Assembly: GCF_036971445.1 (NCBI RefSeq)
Contig: NW_027211972.1
Span: forward strand, 248,001-312,000
From: Narcine bancroftii
Lineage: Eukaryota
Direction: 5' to 3'
DNA length: 64,000 nucleotides
The notes beneath the pieces were generated by a model, which was not told the origin of the DNA, searched no databases, and saw only the letters and a list, made by a program, of their open reading frames with translations. The position numbers and the translations under genes were made by a program. Below, one piece after another: positions 12,690 to 25,049 of the stretch (position 1 is its first letter; each line of letters begins with the position of its first letter).

Positions 12690-15600
12690 AGACCTTGGAG
12701 GATTGGGACCAGCACAGTTAATGGTGGAGGACAGAGTGACCTTGGGGTACAGGGCCCGACACAGAGAACGGCGGGGTAGAGAGAGACCTTGGGAGACAGG
12801 ACCTGACACGGTGAACGATGGGGAACAGAGAGACCTCGGGGTATGGGGTCCGACACGGGAATTAGTAGGGGACAGAGAGATCTTGAGATACAGGGCCTGA
12901 CACGGTGAACGGTAGGGTACAGAGAGACCTTGGGGGATGGGGCCTGACACGGTGAACGGCAGGGAACAGACATACCTCAAGGTATGGGGACCGACACGGT
13001 GAATGGTACGGGACAGAGAGACCTTGGGGTATGTAGCCCGACACAGTGAACAGTGGGGAATGGAGAGACCTCGGGGTATGGGGACCGACACAGTGAACGG
13101 TGGGGAAACGAGAGATCTCAGGATACGGGAACTGACATGTGAACGATGGGGGCGGAGAGACCTCAGGGTACGGGGAACGACATAGTGAATGGTGAGGAAT
13201 GGAGAGACCTCGGAGTACATGGACAGACATGATGAATGGTTGGCCACAGAGAGACCTCGGGGTTCGGGGGCCGACACGGTGAACGGTGGGGTCGGAGAGA
13301 CCTCGAGGTATGGGGACCAACACGGTGAATGGTAGAGAATGGAGAGACCTTGGGCTATGGGGACCGACACTGTAAACAGTGGGGGACGGAGAGACCTTGA
13401 GGTATGGGGACTGACACGGTGAATGGCGGGGGACAGAGAGACCTTGGGGTACGGGGACCGATACGCTGAATGGCGGGGAGCAGAGAGCCCTCGGGTTACA
13501 GGGACTGACACGGTGAATGGTGGGGAATGGAGAGACCTCGGTACGGGGAACGGAGAGTCCTCGGGGTATGGGGATCGACACAGTGAACAGCAGGGAATGG
13601 AGAGACCTCAGGGTACGGGGACCAACATGGTGAACGGTGAGATCTGACCTGGTGTGGGCCAGTGCAGGGCTTCAACGGGTTAATCCGTGGAAGGAGGGCA
13701 CTATGTCAGTCGACATTGACAGTTTGCCCTCGAGCATGGGAGGTGTGCAGGAACCTTTCACTTGGTTTCAGAGAGCATTTGTTTTCCTTGATCGGCAGCC
13801 AGAAGACGCAGATCGCAGGCAAGACGGGGGTGGGGGCTGCAAGGGTATCCAAGGGGTAGAATTGATCTCTCAACTAATGGTTGGGATCAGGAAGGAGGTC
13901 AGGGCATTGAGATTGGGAGGGACTCAGGGAAGGTGGGGAGATCTGGGAGAGATGAACGACAGTAGATTGGGGGAGCGAAGAAGGTTGGGAGGGGTGCAAG
14001 ATGAATCGTATACTTTTCGGTTGTCCAGCAGGACGATTCAATTCACCCGACCCAACTTGGAGAGGAAGTGCATGGGCATTCATCTATACATACACACATC
14101 TATACACACATCCATCTTCACATATCTACACCAACACATATCTACACACACACCCATCTACACACATCAATCTGTACATACACATATCTACTGTCAAAAG
14201 TATTTGTGGATGGGATGGGGTGACAGGGACCGATCCGTGGGTGGGATGGGGCTGGAGGGACGTGGGGTGGGTGGGAGGGACGGATCTGTGTATGGGACAG
14301 GGTTAGAGGGATGTGGGCCAGGTGGAAGGGAAGGATCCTGGAAAGGACAGGGCTGGAAGGACGTGGGGTGGGTGGGAGGGATGGATCGTGTGTGGGTCGG
14401 GGCTGGAGGGACGTGGGACAGGTGGGAGGGAAGGATCTGTGGACAGGACGGGGCTGGAGGGACATGGGGTGGGTGGGAGGGACTGCGTCAGAAGTGATCG
14501 ACTGGGTTCCTCGCAGGAGAACAGAGGGGCCTCGGGGTTCGGGACCGACACGGTGAACGGAGGGGAGTGTTGTAGAACAGAGAGACCTCGGGATATGGGG
14601 ACGGATAAGGTGAACGGTGGGGAACGGAGAGACCTCAGGGTATAGGGACTGACACGGTGAACAGAGGGGAACAGTGAGATCTTGGGGTAGGGGTATGGGG
14701 ACTGACAAGGTGAACGAAGGGAAATGGAGAAACCTCTTGGTATGGGCACAGAGACCTCGAGGTATGGGGACCAATACGGTGAACGGTGGGGAACAGAGAG
14801 ACCCTGGGGTATGGGGACCGACATGGTGAATGGTGGGGGACAGAGAGACCTCAGGGTATGGGGCCAGAAACGGTGAACGATGGGGACAAGAGAGTCTTTG
14901 GGTTACGGCGACCGACATGATGATTGGGGGGGAACAGAGAGACCTCGGGGTATGGGGACCGACATGATGAACGGTGAGGAACAGAGAGACCTCAGGGTAC
15001 AAGGACCAACATGGTGAACAGTGGGGAACGGAGAGACCTCGGGGTACAGGGACTGACATGGTGAATGATGGGGAGTGTCGTAGAACAGAGAGACCTCATG
15101 GTACAGGGACCAACACGATGAATGGTGGGGAGTGTTGGAGAACAGAGAGACCTTGGGGTATGGGACCAACACGATGAACGTTTGGAAACGGAGAGACCTC
15201 GGGATACGGGGATTGACACACTGAAGGGAGGAGAACAGAGAGAACTCAGGGTACGGGGACCAACACGGTGAACGGCGACACATCTGTGTATAGGGACTGA
15301 CATGGCGAACGGTGGGGAACAGAGAGACCTCGGGGTACAAGGACAGACACAGTGAATGGTGGGAAACGCAGAGACCTTGGGGTATGGGGACCGACAGGGT
15401 GAAAGGTGAGGGCACGAGAGATGACAGGATACAGGGACTGACACGGTGAATGGTGGGGAATGGAGAGACCACGGGGTACGGGAACCGACACGGCAAATGG
15501 TGGGGGGTGGAGATACCTCTGGTTACGGGGACTAACACAGTGAACAGTGGGGAAACGGCGAATGGTGAGGATGAGAGGGACCTTGGGGTACGGGGACCAA

Positions 15601-16400
15601 CACTGAATGGTGAGGACAAGAGAGACTTTGGGGTATGGGGATGACATGGTGAACAGTGGCGAACGGAGAGACATCGATGTATGGGGACTGACATGACGAA
15701 CGGTGGCGAACGGGGAGACCTCGGGGTGTGGGGACCAACAGGCTGAACGTTGGGGAATGGAGAGACCTCGGGGTACGGGGACTGACACAGTGAACAGCGG
15801 GGAACAGAGACACCTTGGAGTATGGGGACCGACATGGTGAATGGTGGGGGACCGAGAAATCTCACGCTATGGGGACCGACATGGTGAACAGTGGGGAACG
15901 GAAAGACCTCAGGCTACGGGATTGACACGGAATGGTGGGGAGTGGAGAGACCTTGGGGGATGAGTACCGATATGGTGAACGTGGGAGACAGAGAGACCTC
16001 GGGGTATGGGGGCCGACACGGTGATTGGTGGGGAACAGAGATACCTCGGGGTACGGGAACAGACATGGTGTACGGCGGGGAACGGAGAGACCTCGGGGTA
16101 CGGGGACTGGTACGCTGAATGGCGGGGAGCGGAGAAACCTTGGGTTACGGGAACCGACACGGGGAACGGAGAGACCTTGGAGTATGGGGACCGACACGGT
16201 GAACAGTGAGGATGAGAGAGACCTCGGCTTATGGGGATCGACATGATGAACGGTGGGACCGAGAGATCTTGCGCTACAGGGACTGACACGGCGAACGGTG
16301 AGGATGAGAGAGACCTCGGGGTACAGGGACCAACACGGTGAACAGTGAGGATGAGCGAGACCTCGGCCTATGGGGATCGACATGGTGAACGGTGGGGAGA
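12690..16400. repeat. Large degenerate arrays of the 47-bp family in GAGAGACC orientation (interrupted ~13650-14520)
   Basis: Dozens of units of GAGAGACCTCGGGGTATGGGGACCGACACGGTGAACGGTGGGGAACA. Confidence 0.9.
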
Positions 16401-17392
16401 TGGTCCCTCGGAAGGTTTCCCCTCCCGTTCTGAATTCTGACCCTATTGTTTTCCCTCCGGGAACAGGAAGAAGAGGAAACAGCTGATCGGGACGACAGGA
16501 ACCTGCAGCTCTCCATTGCAGGCCGCTGCTTTCTCCACTGAGAACCTGCCTACTGACAAGCATCGTCCCAGGCGGGCTGACAGGCTTTGTGCTCCCCTCG
16601 CCACACTCTCCCCCCCCTCTGCTGGGACCCACTAAGGAGCAGGAGGGGAGGGGAGTAGAGGGGGAGGGGATAAGGGAAAGGAGTCTTTGGACTTGGGCAA
16701 GATCCGGTGACAATCTGTGTGTCCCCTCTCCTCCCCTTGACGTTCTCCCCCCCCCTCACCTCATTCCGACCTGTTGGTTGAATATCTCTGACCCGCTCCC
16801 GCAAGAGGAAGGGACCTGGGATCTGGAGAACGCACCTCCTCTTCTGATCGTTGTTAGACACGGGAGACAAAGGTAAACAGAGCACTGTCCCCAACAACCC
16901 TCCCCGTCTCTGTAAACCCCTCTGGTTCCTTACATCCATCCCCATCTCTGTAACCCCCTCCAGACCCTGACTTCCCTCCCTGTCTCTGTAACTCCCTCCG
17001 GTCCCCAACACCCCTCCCTGTCTCTGTAACCCCCTCCAGTACCCAACATCGCTCCCTGTCTGTAACCCCCTCGGTCCCCGACTCCCCTCCCTATCTCTAT
17101 CCCCCCTCTGGCCCCCTACATCCCTCCATGTCTGTGTAACCTTCTCCGGCCCCCTACATCCCTCCATATCTCTGTAACCCCCCCCTCTCCAGGTCCCCTA
17201 CACCCCTCCCCGTCTCTCTAAACTTGCCAACACATCTCCGTATTTGTAACCCCTTTTCTTTCTCCTCGATCAGGCTAGAGTTCGGAGGCAGTGACCCCAT
17301 CCCCTCCTGCCACCTCCTCCTCTCCCCCCCCTCTCCCTCCCCCACCCCACTGAGCTTGCTATGGTACTGACCATCTGCTGCTTCCAAACACA

Positions 17393-20300
17393 ATGCCCTT
17401 GGGGAGTCGGAAGGAATTCAATCCCAGCAAGTACATCCCGGTCTTGGCAGCGACAACCTTCCTGGTGGGCTCCACCTCGCTGTTCTTCGTGTTCCCGTGA
17501 GTGTCCTTGGGGAGGGGATGGGTAGTTGGGTGAATTGGTTTGTGTTGGTCTCCAAGGCCCCTCTGTTCTATGACACTCCCCACCATTCACCGTGTCGGTC
17601 CCTGTCGCCCAAGGTCTCTCCATTTTCCACCGTTCACCATGTCGGTCCCCGTATGCTGAGGTCTCCCCATTCACTGTGTCGAATCCTGTACCCCGAGGTC
17701 TCTCTGTTCCTCATCGTTCACCGTGTCGGTCGCCATACCCTGAGGTCTGTCCGTTCCCCACCCTTCACAGTGTCAGTCCCCGTATCCTGAGGTCCCTCTG
17801 TTTCCCACTGTTCACCGTGTCGGTTCCAGTACCCCGGGGCCTCTCCACTCCCCACTGTTCACCGTGTCGGTCCCCATACCCCAAGGTCTCTCCATCGTTC
17901 GCAGGTGTCGGTCCCCGTACCCGAGGTCTCTCTGTTCCCCACCATTCACCGTGTCGGTCTCCATACCCCTTGGTCTCCCTGTTCCCCATCGTTCACCGTG
18001 TCGGTCCCCGTACCCCGAGGTTCTTTTGTTACACAGAGAGCTGTAGGTCTATGAGCTGGGAGACAGGGTGTTGGTTTCGGGGTGGGGGGGGCCATTGAGA
18101 TAGATTTGAAAAATATTTGTGGATGGGATGGGGTGACAGGGACCGATCCGTGGGTGGGATGGGGCTGGAGGGATGTGGGGCGGGTGGGAGGGACGGATCT
18201 GTGTATGGGACAGGGTTAGAGGGATGTGGGCCAGGTGGAAGGGAAGGATCTGTGGACAGGACGGGGCTGGAGGGACATGGGGTGGGTGGGAGGGACGGAT
18301 TGGTGGGTGGGACAGGGCTGGAGGGTTGTGGGGCAGGTGGGTGGGACTGATCCGTGGACGGGACTGGTTTGGGCAGACGTAGGACAGTTAGCACCAGGGT
18401 AGGTGGGGCAGTTTTGACGGCTGGGACTCGTCGAATAACACCTGGCAGCCAGCCCCAGCCTCGGGGAGGTGAGTCAGTGTTGGGTGGGTTGAAGCGAACT
18501 TCGTTCAGTATTCGCCCTTAGCGTGCACCTTGCAAATTCAGGGTGTGTGTCTCAGAGGGTGGGGTCGTGTTCACGTCTCTCCCCATTTCCTACCCAGAAT
18601 GGGGGTGGGGGGGGCAAGGTGAGCAAGGGGTCCCAGCACATAATGTGATTAGTGGGGGCCGAGGTTGACAGGGGCACTGGGGTCTGGGACTGGACACAGA
18701 GTGGGATCGTGGGCTCTCCCAGGACTGTACCTCTCACTCCCCTGCCTCTCTCATTTCTCTCTCCCAAATTCCCCTCTCTCGTTCCTTCATCTCGATCCCT
18801 CCTCCTGTCCCGTTCCAATTCTCTCTTCTCCCGTTTCTCTGTTCCCATTCTCCCAAGCCCCCCCCCCCCCATTTTCTCTCATTCCCTTGCCTTCTCTTTC
18901 TCATTTCCTATTCTTCCCCCAAACCCCCACATCCTCACCCACAGGTGCCCTTGGCTGAGTCAGACCTTCACCCCAGTTGTTCCAGTCTACAACGTGATCA
19001 TCTTTCTCTTCGTTCTGGCCAACTTCTGCAAGGCCACATTCATGGATCCGGGCATCTATCCCCGAGGTGAGTCCGAGTGTGTCCTCCATCTCCCATCGTT
19101 CACCTTGTTGGTCCCCGTACCCTGAGGTCTCTCTGTTCCCCACCGTTCACCATGTCGGTCCCAAACCCTGAGGTCTTTCTGTTCCCCACCGTTCACCATG
19201 TCGGTCCCAAAACCTGAGGTCTCTCTGTTCCCCACCGTTCACCATGTCGGTCCCAAACCCTGAGGTCTCTCTGTTCCCCACCTTTCACCGTGTCGGTTCC
19301 CATACTCCGGCATCTCTCCGTTCCCCACAGTTCACCCGTGTCAGTCACCGTCCCCCGAGGTCTCTCCGTTCTACTACACTCCCCCACGGTGGTCTCTCCC
19401 CTCCTGCCATCTTCATTTTGCCCTTTCCCCTACTCCCAACACAGCCGACGAAGATGAGGACAAGGACGAAGATTTGCGGGCTCCACTCTTCAAGAATGTG
19501 GAGATCAGGGGGATCCAGGTCCGGATGAAGTGGTGTTCCACCTGCCGCTTCTACCGTCCACCACGCTGCTCTCACTGCAGTGTCTGTGATAACTGCGTCG
19601 AGGTGGGTGTCCTTGCGGCGGGCCCAGCGCTCCCTTCCTGGGATGTTGCTCAGACGTCAGGGATTGAGTTACAGAGAAAGGGTCAACAGGTTTGTGACTT
19701 TTATCCCCTGAAGATTTACTGGGACGTTGCCCGGACGTCAGTAACTAAGTTACAGGGAAAGGGTCAACAGGTTTGGGACTTTATCTCCTGAAGATTTACT
19801 GGGATGTTGCCCAGACGTCAGGGACTGAGTTACAGGGAAAGGCTCAATGGGTTTGGGATTTTATCCCCTGAAGATTTACTGGGATGTTGCCCGGACGTCA
19901 GGGACTGAGTTACAGGGAAAGGGTCAACAGGTTTGGGACTTTATCCCCTGGAGGGTAGAAGAACAAGGGGGAGATTTGATGTTTAAAATGGGGGGGGGGA
20001 GGGGGAAACAGACAGAGTCAATGTGGTGGGAGGCGGTGTTTTTTTTCCCCCCACTTTTTTTTTTAATTTTAATTTTTGTTCCTTTGTGTTTTCCTTTGTT
20101 TTTTCTGACTTTTCTGGAGAGGGCTGGAGTTCACCGTCCGGCCACTACTCCATCACGTGACTCCCCCTCTTTTTTCCCCCCACTGAGGGGAAAAACCAAA
20201 GGAGAAAGCGGAAAGATTTAGGGGGAACTTCTTCACACGGAGAGCGGAGGTGGTGAATGTGGACTGGTTTTAAAGTTTAAGAGGAATTTGGAGAGGTACA

Positions 20301-23300
20301 TGGATGAGAGGGGGAGCAGGATTAGAGTTCGCCACAGACAAGAAGGGACTGTTACCTTTCCTGGAATGTTCTAAAGTTTTGCTTTCATGAGGGGTCTAGG
20401 GATTGGCCGGAGATCATTGCAGGGGAGTCGTGGGATGCATGGGACCAACACGGTGAATGGTGGAGAACAGAGTGACCTCAGGGTATGGGGACCGACAGGG
20501 TGAACAGTGGGGAATGGAGAGACCTTGGGCTACGGGGACTGACACGCTGAATGGTGGGGAACGGATAGATCTCAGGCTATGGGGATTGACACGGTGAATG
20601 GAGAGACTGCAGGGTATGGTGACCGACACGGTGAACCGTGACCTCTGGATACGGGGACCGACATGGTGAACGCTGGGGAACAGAGAGACTTAGGGGTATG
20701 GAGACCGATACAGTTAACAGTGGGAAACGGAGAGACCTCGGGGTACGGGGACCGACACGGTGAATGGTGAGGAACAGAGAACTCAGGGCACGGGGACCAA
20801 CACGGTGAAAGGTGGGGAACGGAGAGACTGTCATCAACCTCTAACCCTCCCCCTCCTCCCACAGGAGTTTGATCACCACTGCCCCTGGGTGAACAACTGC
20901 ATCGGACGCAGGAACTACCGGTACTTTTTCCTGTTCCTCATCTCCCTCACAACCCACATCGTGGGCATTTTCTTCTTCGCCCTAGTCTATCTGCTCCATC
21001 ACCTTGACCGGATCTCCAGCGTCCACTCTGCTGTGACGTATCCTTCCGGGAGAGGGAGAGAGTCGGGGTGGGGTGGGGAGGGGAAGGCAGAGAGGAGTGG
21101 GAAGGGAGGGGGAGAGGGAAGGTGTGGGAAGAGGGGAGGGGGTAGAGGGTGGGTGGGGGAGGAGGGTAGGTGGAGGGGAGAGGGAGGAGGGGAAGTGGTG
21201 GGGTGGGCGGAGGGAAGAGAGGGAACGGGCAGAGGGGTGGGGAGTGAAGGGCAGGGTTGGGGGAAGAGGGTAGTGGAGAGATGAGAGGTGGTGAGGGGGG
21301 GGGGAGCTCCTCTTCCTGCTGGTTCCCCCCTTGACCCTGGACCCCAGAGTGGCGGTGATGTGCGTGGCCGGCCTGTTCTTCATCCCCGTGGCAGGACTCA
21401 CTGCCTTCCACCTCGTCCTGGTGGCTCGTGGCCGAACCACCAACGAGCAGGTAGATCCCCACCCCCTCCCTGCCTGCCCCTGGTGGGGGTGGGTTTACAC
21501 ACTCTGAGGTCAGGGGTGGTTGGTTCAGGGAAAAGCCCCCTCTCCCTATTTCCCCCCTTCTCTCCCTCCCTTCCCCCCTCCCCCCGTGAGAGGGGAAGGA
21601 CAGGTCCCCGTTATCTGGGAGAGGGTTAGACGAAAGGGTGGGGGCAGAGAGGGTCCCATCTCATGGCCTCTGCTCCCCACAACAGGTGACGGGGAAGTTC
21701 CGGGGTGGGGTGAACCCTTTCACCCAAGGATGCTGGAGGAACACCTCGTACATGCTGTGTAGCTCACAGTCGCCCAGGTCAGTCTGTCGTGTCGTCCCTG
21801 TCCCCCCCCATTCTCGTTCTCTCCCCGTTCCCTCCCTTCTCCGCTCTCATTCCCTCCCTCCCCTCCTTGGACCTTCCCTCACTTTCCTCCCTCTCACCTT
21901 CCCTCCCTTCCTGTTTCCCTCCGTTGTCATTCCCTCCCTCCCCTCTATTCCATCTCTCCCTATCCATCTTCTCACCTTCCTTCCCTCCATTATCGTTCCC
22001 TCCTTCCCCATCCCCCTCTGTTCTTGTTCCCTCCCTCTCCCGTCCCCTCACCTTCCTCTGACCATCCCTCCCCTCCCCTCTGTTCGTTCTCATTCCCTCT
22101 TATCTTCCCACACCCCCGTCCTGTTGTTCACCCTGTCCTCCCCCCCCCTCACTCTCCCCACTCTTGTTCCCGCAGGTACCTGTCCCAGGAGAAGCGGGAG
22201 TACCCGATCCCCCTGGAGACGCCCTTCGTGAGGCCGGCCATCTCGGACGCCGAGGTCACTGTCAAACTGATGGACAATGGGGTTCAGACCAGGCTGGAAC
22301 GGAACCGGGTAACGGGAGGGGGCGAGACTGGGGCAGGGGTGGGAGTAGGTGAGGCAGTCCCTCGCGTCCTGCAGTGGTTCCCCAAGATGTTTACACTCAG
22401 ATGCCAGGCATTGCAAGATGGGCCGAAGGGCCTGTTACTGTGACAGATCGAAATATTTTAAATCTGCCTCTTCTCTCTCCTCCCTTTCCTCCTTCCCCAT
22501 CTCCCTATCCCCTTCCTCCTCCCATCCAACCCACTCCCCCCCCCCCCAGTTGAGGTGTAGCCTGACGATCATGGAGAGCCAATCTGCGGATGCTGAGCCC
22601 CCCCCCCCTCCGAAGCCCAACCTGGCCCGTTTCTCCGGCCTGCGGACGCACCTCACGTTGGCTACCGGCGAGGGTAAGGATAGTCCGTCATCCAAATCTC
22701 CATTTCTCCACACCACGAGCTCTAATCTCCCCGGAAGGCCGCGGGTCCATCTGCAATCCGACCTCCAGCGACCCTACGAGGGGCTCCTGTCTTCCACCGA
22801 CCACACTCTGTGTGGGCCTGCCCCCCCCAGTCCCCAGGACAGACATGGTGAGGGTGGGGGGGAAATCACTCGACGTCTGGCCCCACTATCTCCAGCGGGT
22901 GGGATCGCCCTGGGACAGGGTGTGGAGCTTGCTCTCCCAATACCTGCACAGTGCGTGTGTGTGTGTGGACCCTCACCCTGCGTCAACACTTCCAACCTGA
23001 CTCTGGTAAACATTTCCCTGTAACTCAGTCCCTGACGTCCGGGCAACGTACCAGTAAATTTTCAGGGGATAAAGCCCCGGACTGGTTGATCCTTTCCATG
23101 TAACTCAGTCCCTGACGTCCGGGCAATGTCCCAGTAAATCTTCAGGGGATAAGGACCCAAATCTGTTTATCCTTTCCCTGTAACTCAGTCCCCAATGTCT
23201 GGACAACATCCCAGTAAATCTTCAGGGGATAAAGTCCTAAACCCGTTGAACACAGTTCCTGACATCTGGTCCTTGTCTGTCTACGTGTGTGTCATATGCC

Positions 23301-25049
23301 CCATCGCCTGACTCTCTCCCATTACTTCCATTCCCAAACAGGAAGCAGTCTGATCCATCACTCTGACAACCCTCCCACGCCCACGATGTACAAGTTTCGC
23401 CCAGCCTACGTCGATGTTGGACAGAACCACTTCGAACTCAGGCATCCCTACAGCGAGTCGGTGAGACCCCCTCATCCGCCTGCGAGCCCCAGAACATCTA
23501 CCTTCATTTCCCATCGCCCAGATTACACAGCCACTAGTCCCCGGTCGGTGTCCCTCGGTAATGCTCACCCCGTCCCCTGACACGATCCTGCTCGCGAGCT
23601 TCAGGCGGGGTCCCCCCACGCTCTGCACGGCCCACCCCCCCACCGTTGACCGGGTCCCACCTTTGGACCCCGAGGTCCCTCGAAACTGGCCGCTGTCTCT
23701 CACCCGGATGCTTTCATGAGGGGTCTAGGTGCTCCCATGTCCCTGGATGTCATGCTAAATCATCTCCCCTCTCTTTACCCTTACCTCTCCCGTCACTCCT
23801 ATCCCCTCTCCACCCTCACTCCCTTCCCGTCACCCCTCTATTATGTCACCCTCCTCTCTCTCCCCATCACCCCTTTTCCCCCACCCTCACTGTTCCTCTC
23901 CTCCACCTCTCTCCACTCCTCCTGTCACCCCTCTCCTCTCTGCCCTCCCGTCACCCCTCTCACACACCCCTCACTGTCCCTCTCTCCCCATCACATCTTT
24001 CCCCTCCATTCTGTCACACTTCCCTGTCCTCCCCCACTCACCCCCCCCTCCCTGTCTCCCCCTCCTCTGTATTCCCCCCACAGATCAGCCCGGACAGCTT
24101 CCCCCACAGCCAGAGCTACAGGTCAGAGACAAGCCCGGGGACGGAGAGCGACCTGCCCCCCTCGCCCTCGCTGTACAGCAGCGCCCTGCCAGACCCCTCG
24201 CCCCCCTCTGGCAGCCCCCTCTCCTCCCGGGGGGCCTGCCCTCTGCCCTCTGACGATGGTGCCACAACTTCCACATCGTACAAGAGCTTGGCCAACGCCC
24301 CGGGCTCCCCACCTACCCTGTCCGACAGCCCTGGGTCGGAGACAGCACCTGCCAGAGCTCCCGCCCGCTCACCGGCTCGCTGCTCAGCGGTCCCTGCTCA
24401 TGGGCGCACGCTTATCAGCCCTGGGTAAGTGGCTGTGACCTCGCCGCGAGGGACAGGGAGAGGGGAGGGGGGAGATAGAGAGGGAGGGGGGGAAGATAAA
24501 GAATGGGGAAAAGGGGAGGGGAGACAAGTGGGAGTTGGGATGTGTTCAGTTCTGGGTTTCCCCTGGAGGGTAGGGGAATGAGGGGACGGATTTGATGTTG
24601 GGGGCGGGGGGCTTTTTCCCCCACTGAGGGGTCAAATTGAGGAACACAGGTTCAGGGGGAAACGTCCTCACGTCAAAAGCGCGACCCAAGCAGAGGTGGG
24701 GACCGCGGGTTGGGTTCAATGTGGAAGAGGAATCCAGACAGGTCCGCGGACTGGTGGGGGGAGGAGGGCGACGGGCTGGGCTCAGGTCAGTGGGATGGGG
24801 TGGGTGAATGGTCGGGCACAGACTAGATGAGCGTAATTTCCCCCTTCTTCCCGCCAGTTGTAACACTGACCATCTCTCTCCTGCAGGGACGAGGTGCGGA
24901 CTCAACCCAACGGACGGCACTGGCTGGCAGGGAAGGCGGAGGGTCGCCCCACGTCACCCCCTCCACTGACAGCTGGGCTCAGCGGCTCTGGTCGGGGAGT
25001 CAAGAAGGTGTCTGGAGTCGGGGGGACCACTTACGAGATCTCGGTGTGA
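17393..25049 (+). CDS. ZDHHC5: Palmitoyltransferase ZDHHC5, 11 coding exons, ~543 aa
   Basis: Exons 17393-17496 ([17 protein letters not shown]), 18945-19066 (..[11 protein letters not shown]), 19445-19602 ([26 protein letters not shown]), 20865-21037 ([25 protein letters not shown]), 21348-21450 (..GRTTNEQ), 21686-21777, 22176-22308, 22550-22673 ([15 protein letters not shown]), 23342-23460 ([11 protein letters not shown]), 24084-24424 and 24887-25049 ([20 protein letters not shown] ligand). The sum is 1632 nt, in frame. AATAAA at 25364-25369. Linkage to MED19/TMX2 favours ZDHHC5 over ZDHHC8. The ATG exon probably starts at 16467, giving a long 5'UTR. Confidence 0.93.
17560..18020. repeat. 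47-bp family array in GGTCTCTC orientation (also ~19090-19400 and ~44850-45000; opposite orientation at ~20420-20830)
   Basis: Repeated CCCCGAGGTCTCTCTGTTCCCCACCGTTCACCGTGTCGGTCCCC units. Confidence 0.85.
19635..19950. repeat. ~80-bp minisatellite family (CCCTGTAACTCAGTCCCTGACGTCCGGGCAACATCCCAGTAAATCTTCAGGGGATAAAG..), here reverse-complemented
   Basis: About 4 units. The family recurs at ~23010-23265, ~40660-40745, ~44060-44165, ~50155-50730 and ~58105-58170. Confidence 0.85.
21038..21347 (+). other. U12-type (minor spliceosome) GT-AG intron in ZDHHC5
   Basis: 5' site GTATCCTT, branch sequence CCTTGAC at 21329-21335 about 13 nt from the AG, and no classical polypyrimidine tract before the AG. 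Confidence 0.9.

Noticed and set aside
11061-12721. His/Thr-rich ORFs up to 493 aa
   Set aside because: The G-depleted CA low-complexity tract rarely forms stop codons.
12690-16400. CRISPR-like or att-site-like regular repeats (also 465-697 and 50155-50730)
   Set aside because: The units are contiguous degenerate tandem copies without unique spacers, there are no cas genes, and the context is vertebrate intron.
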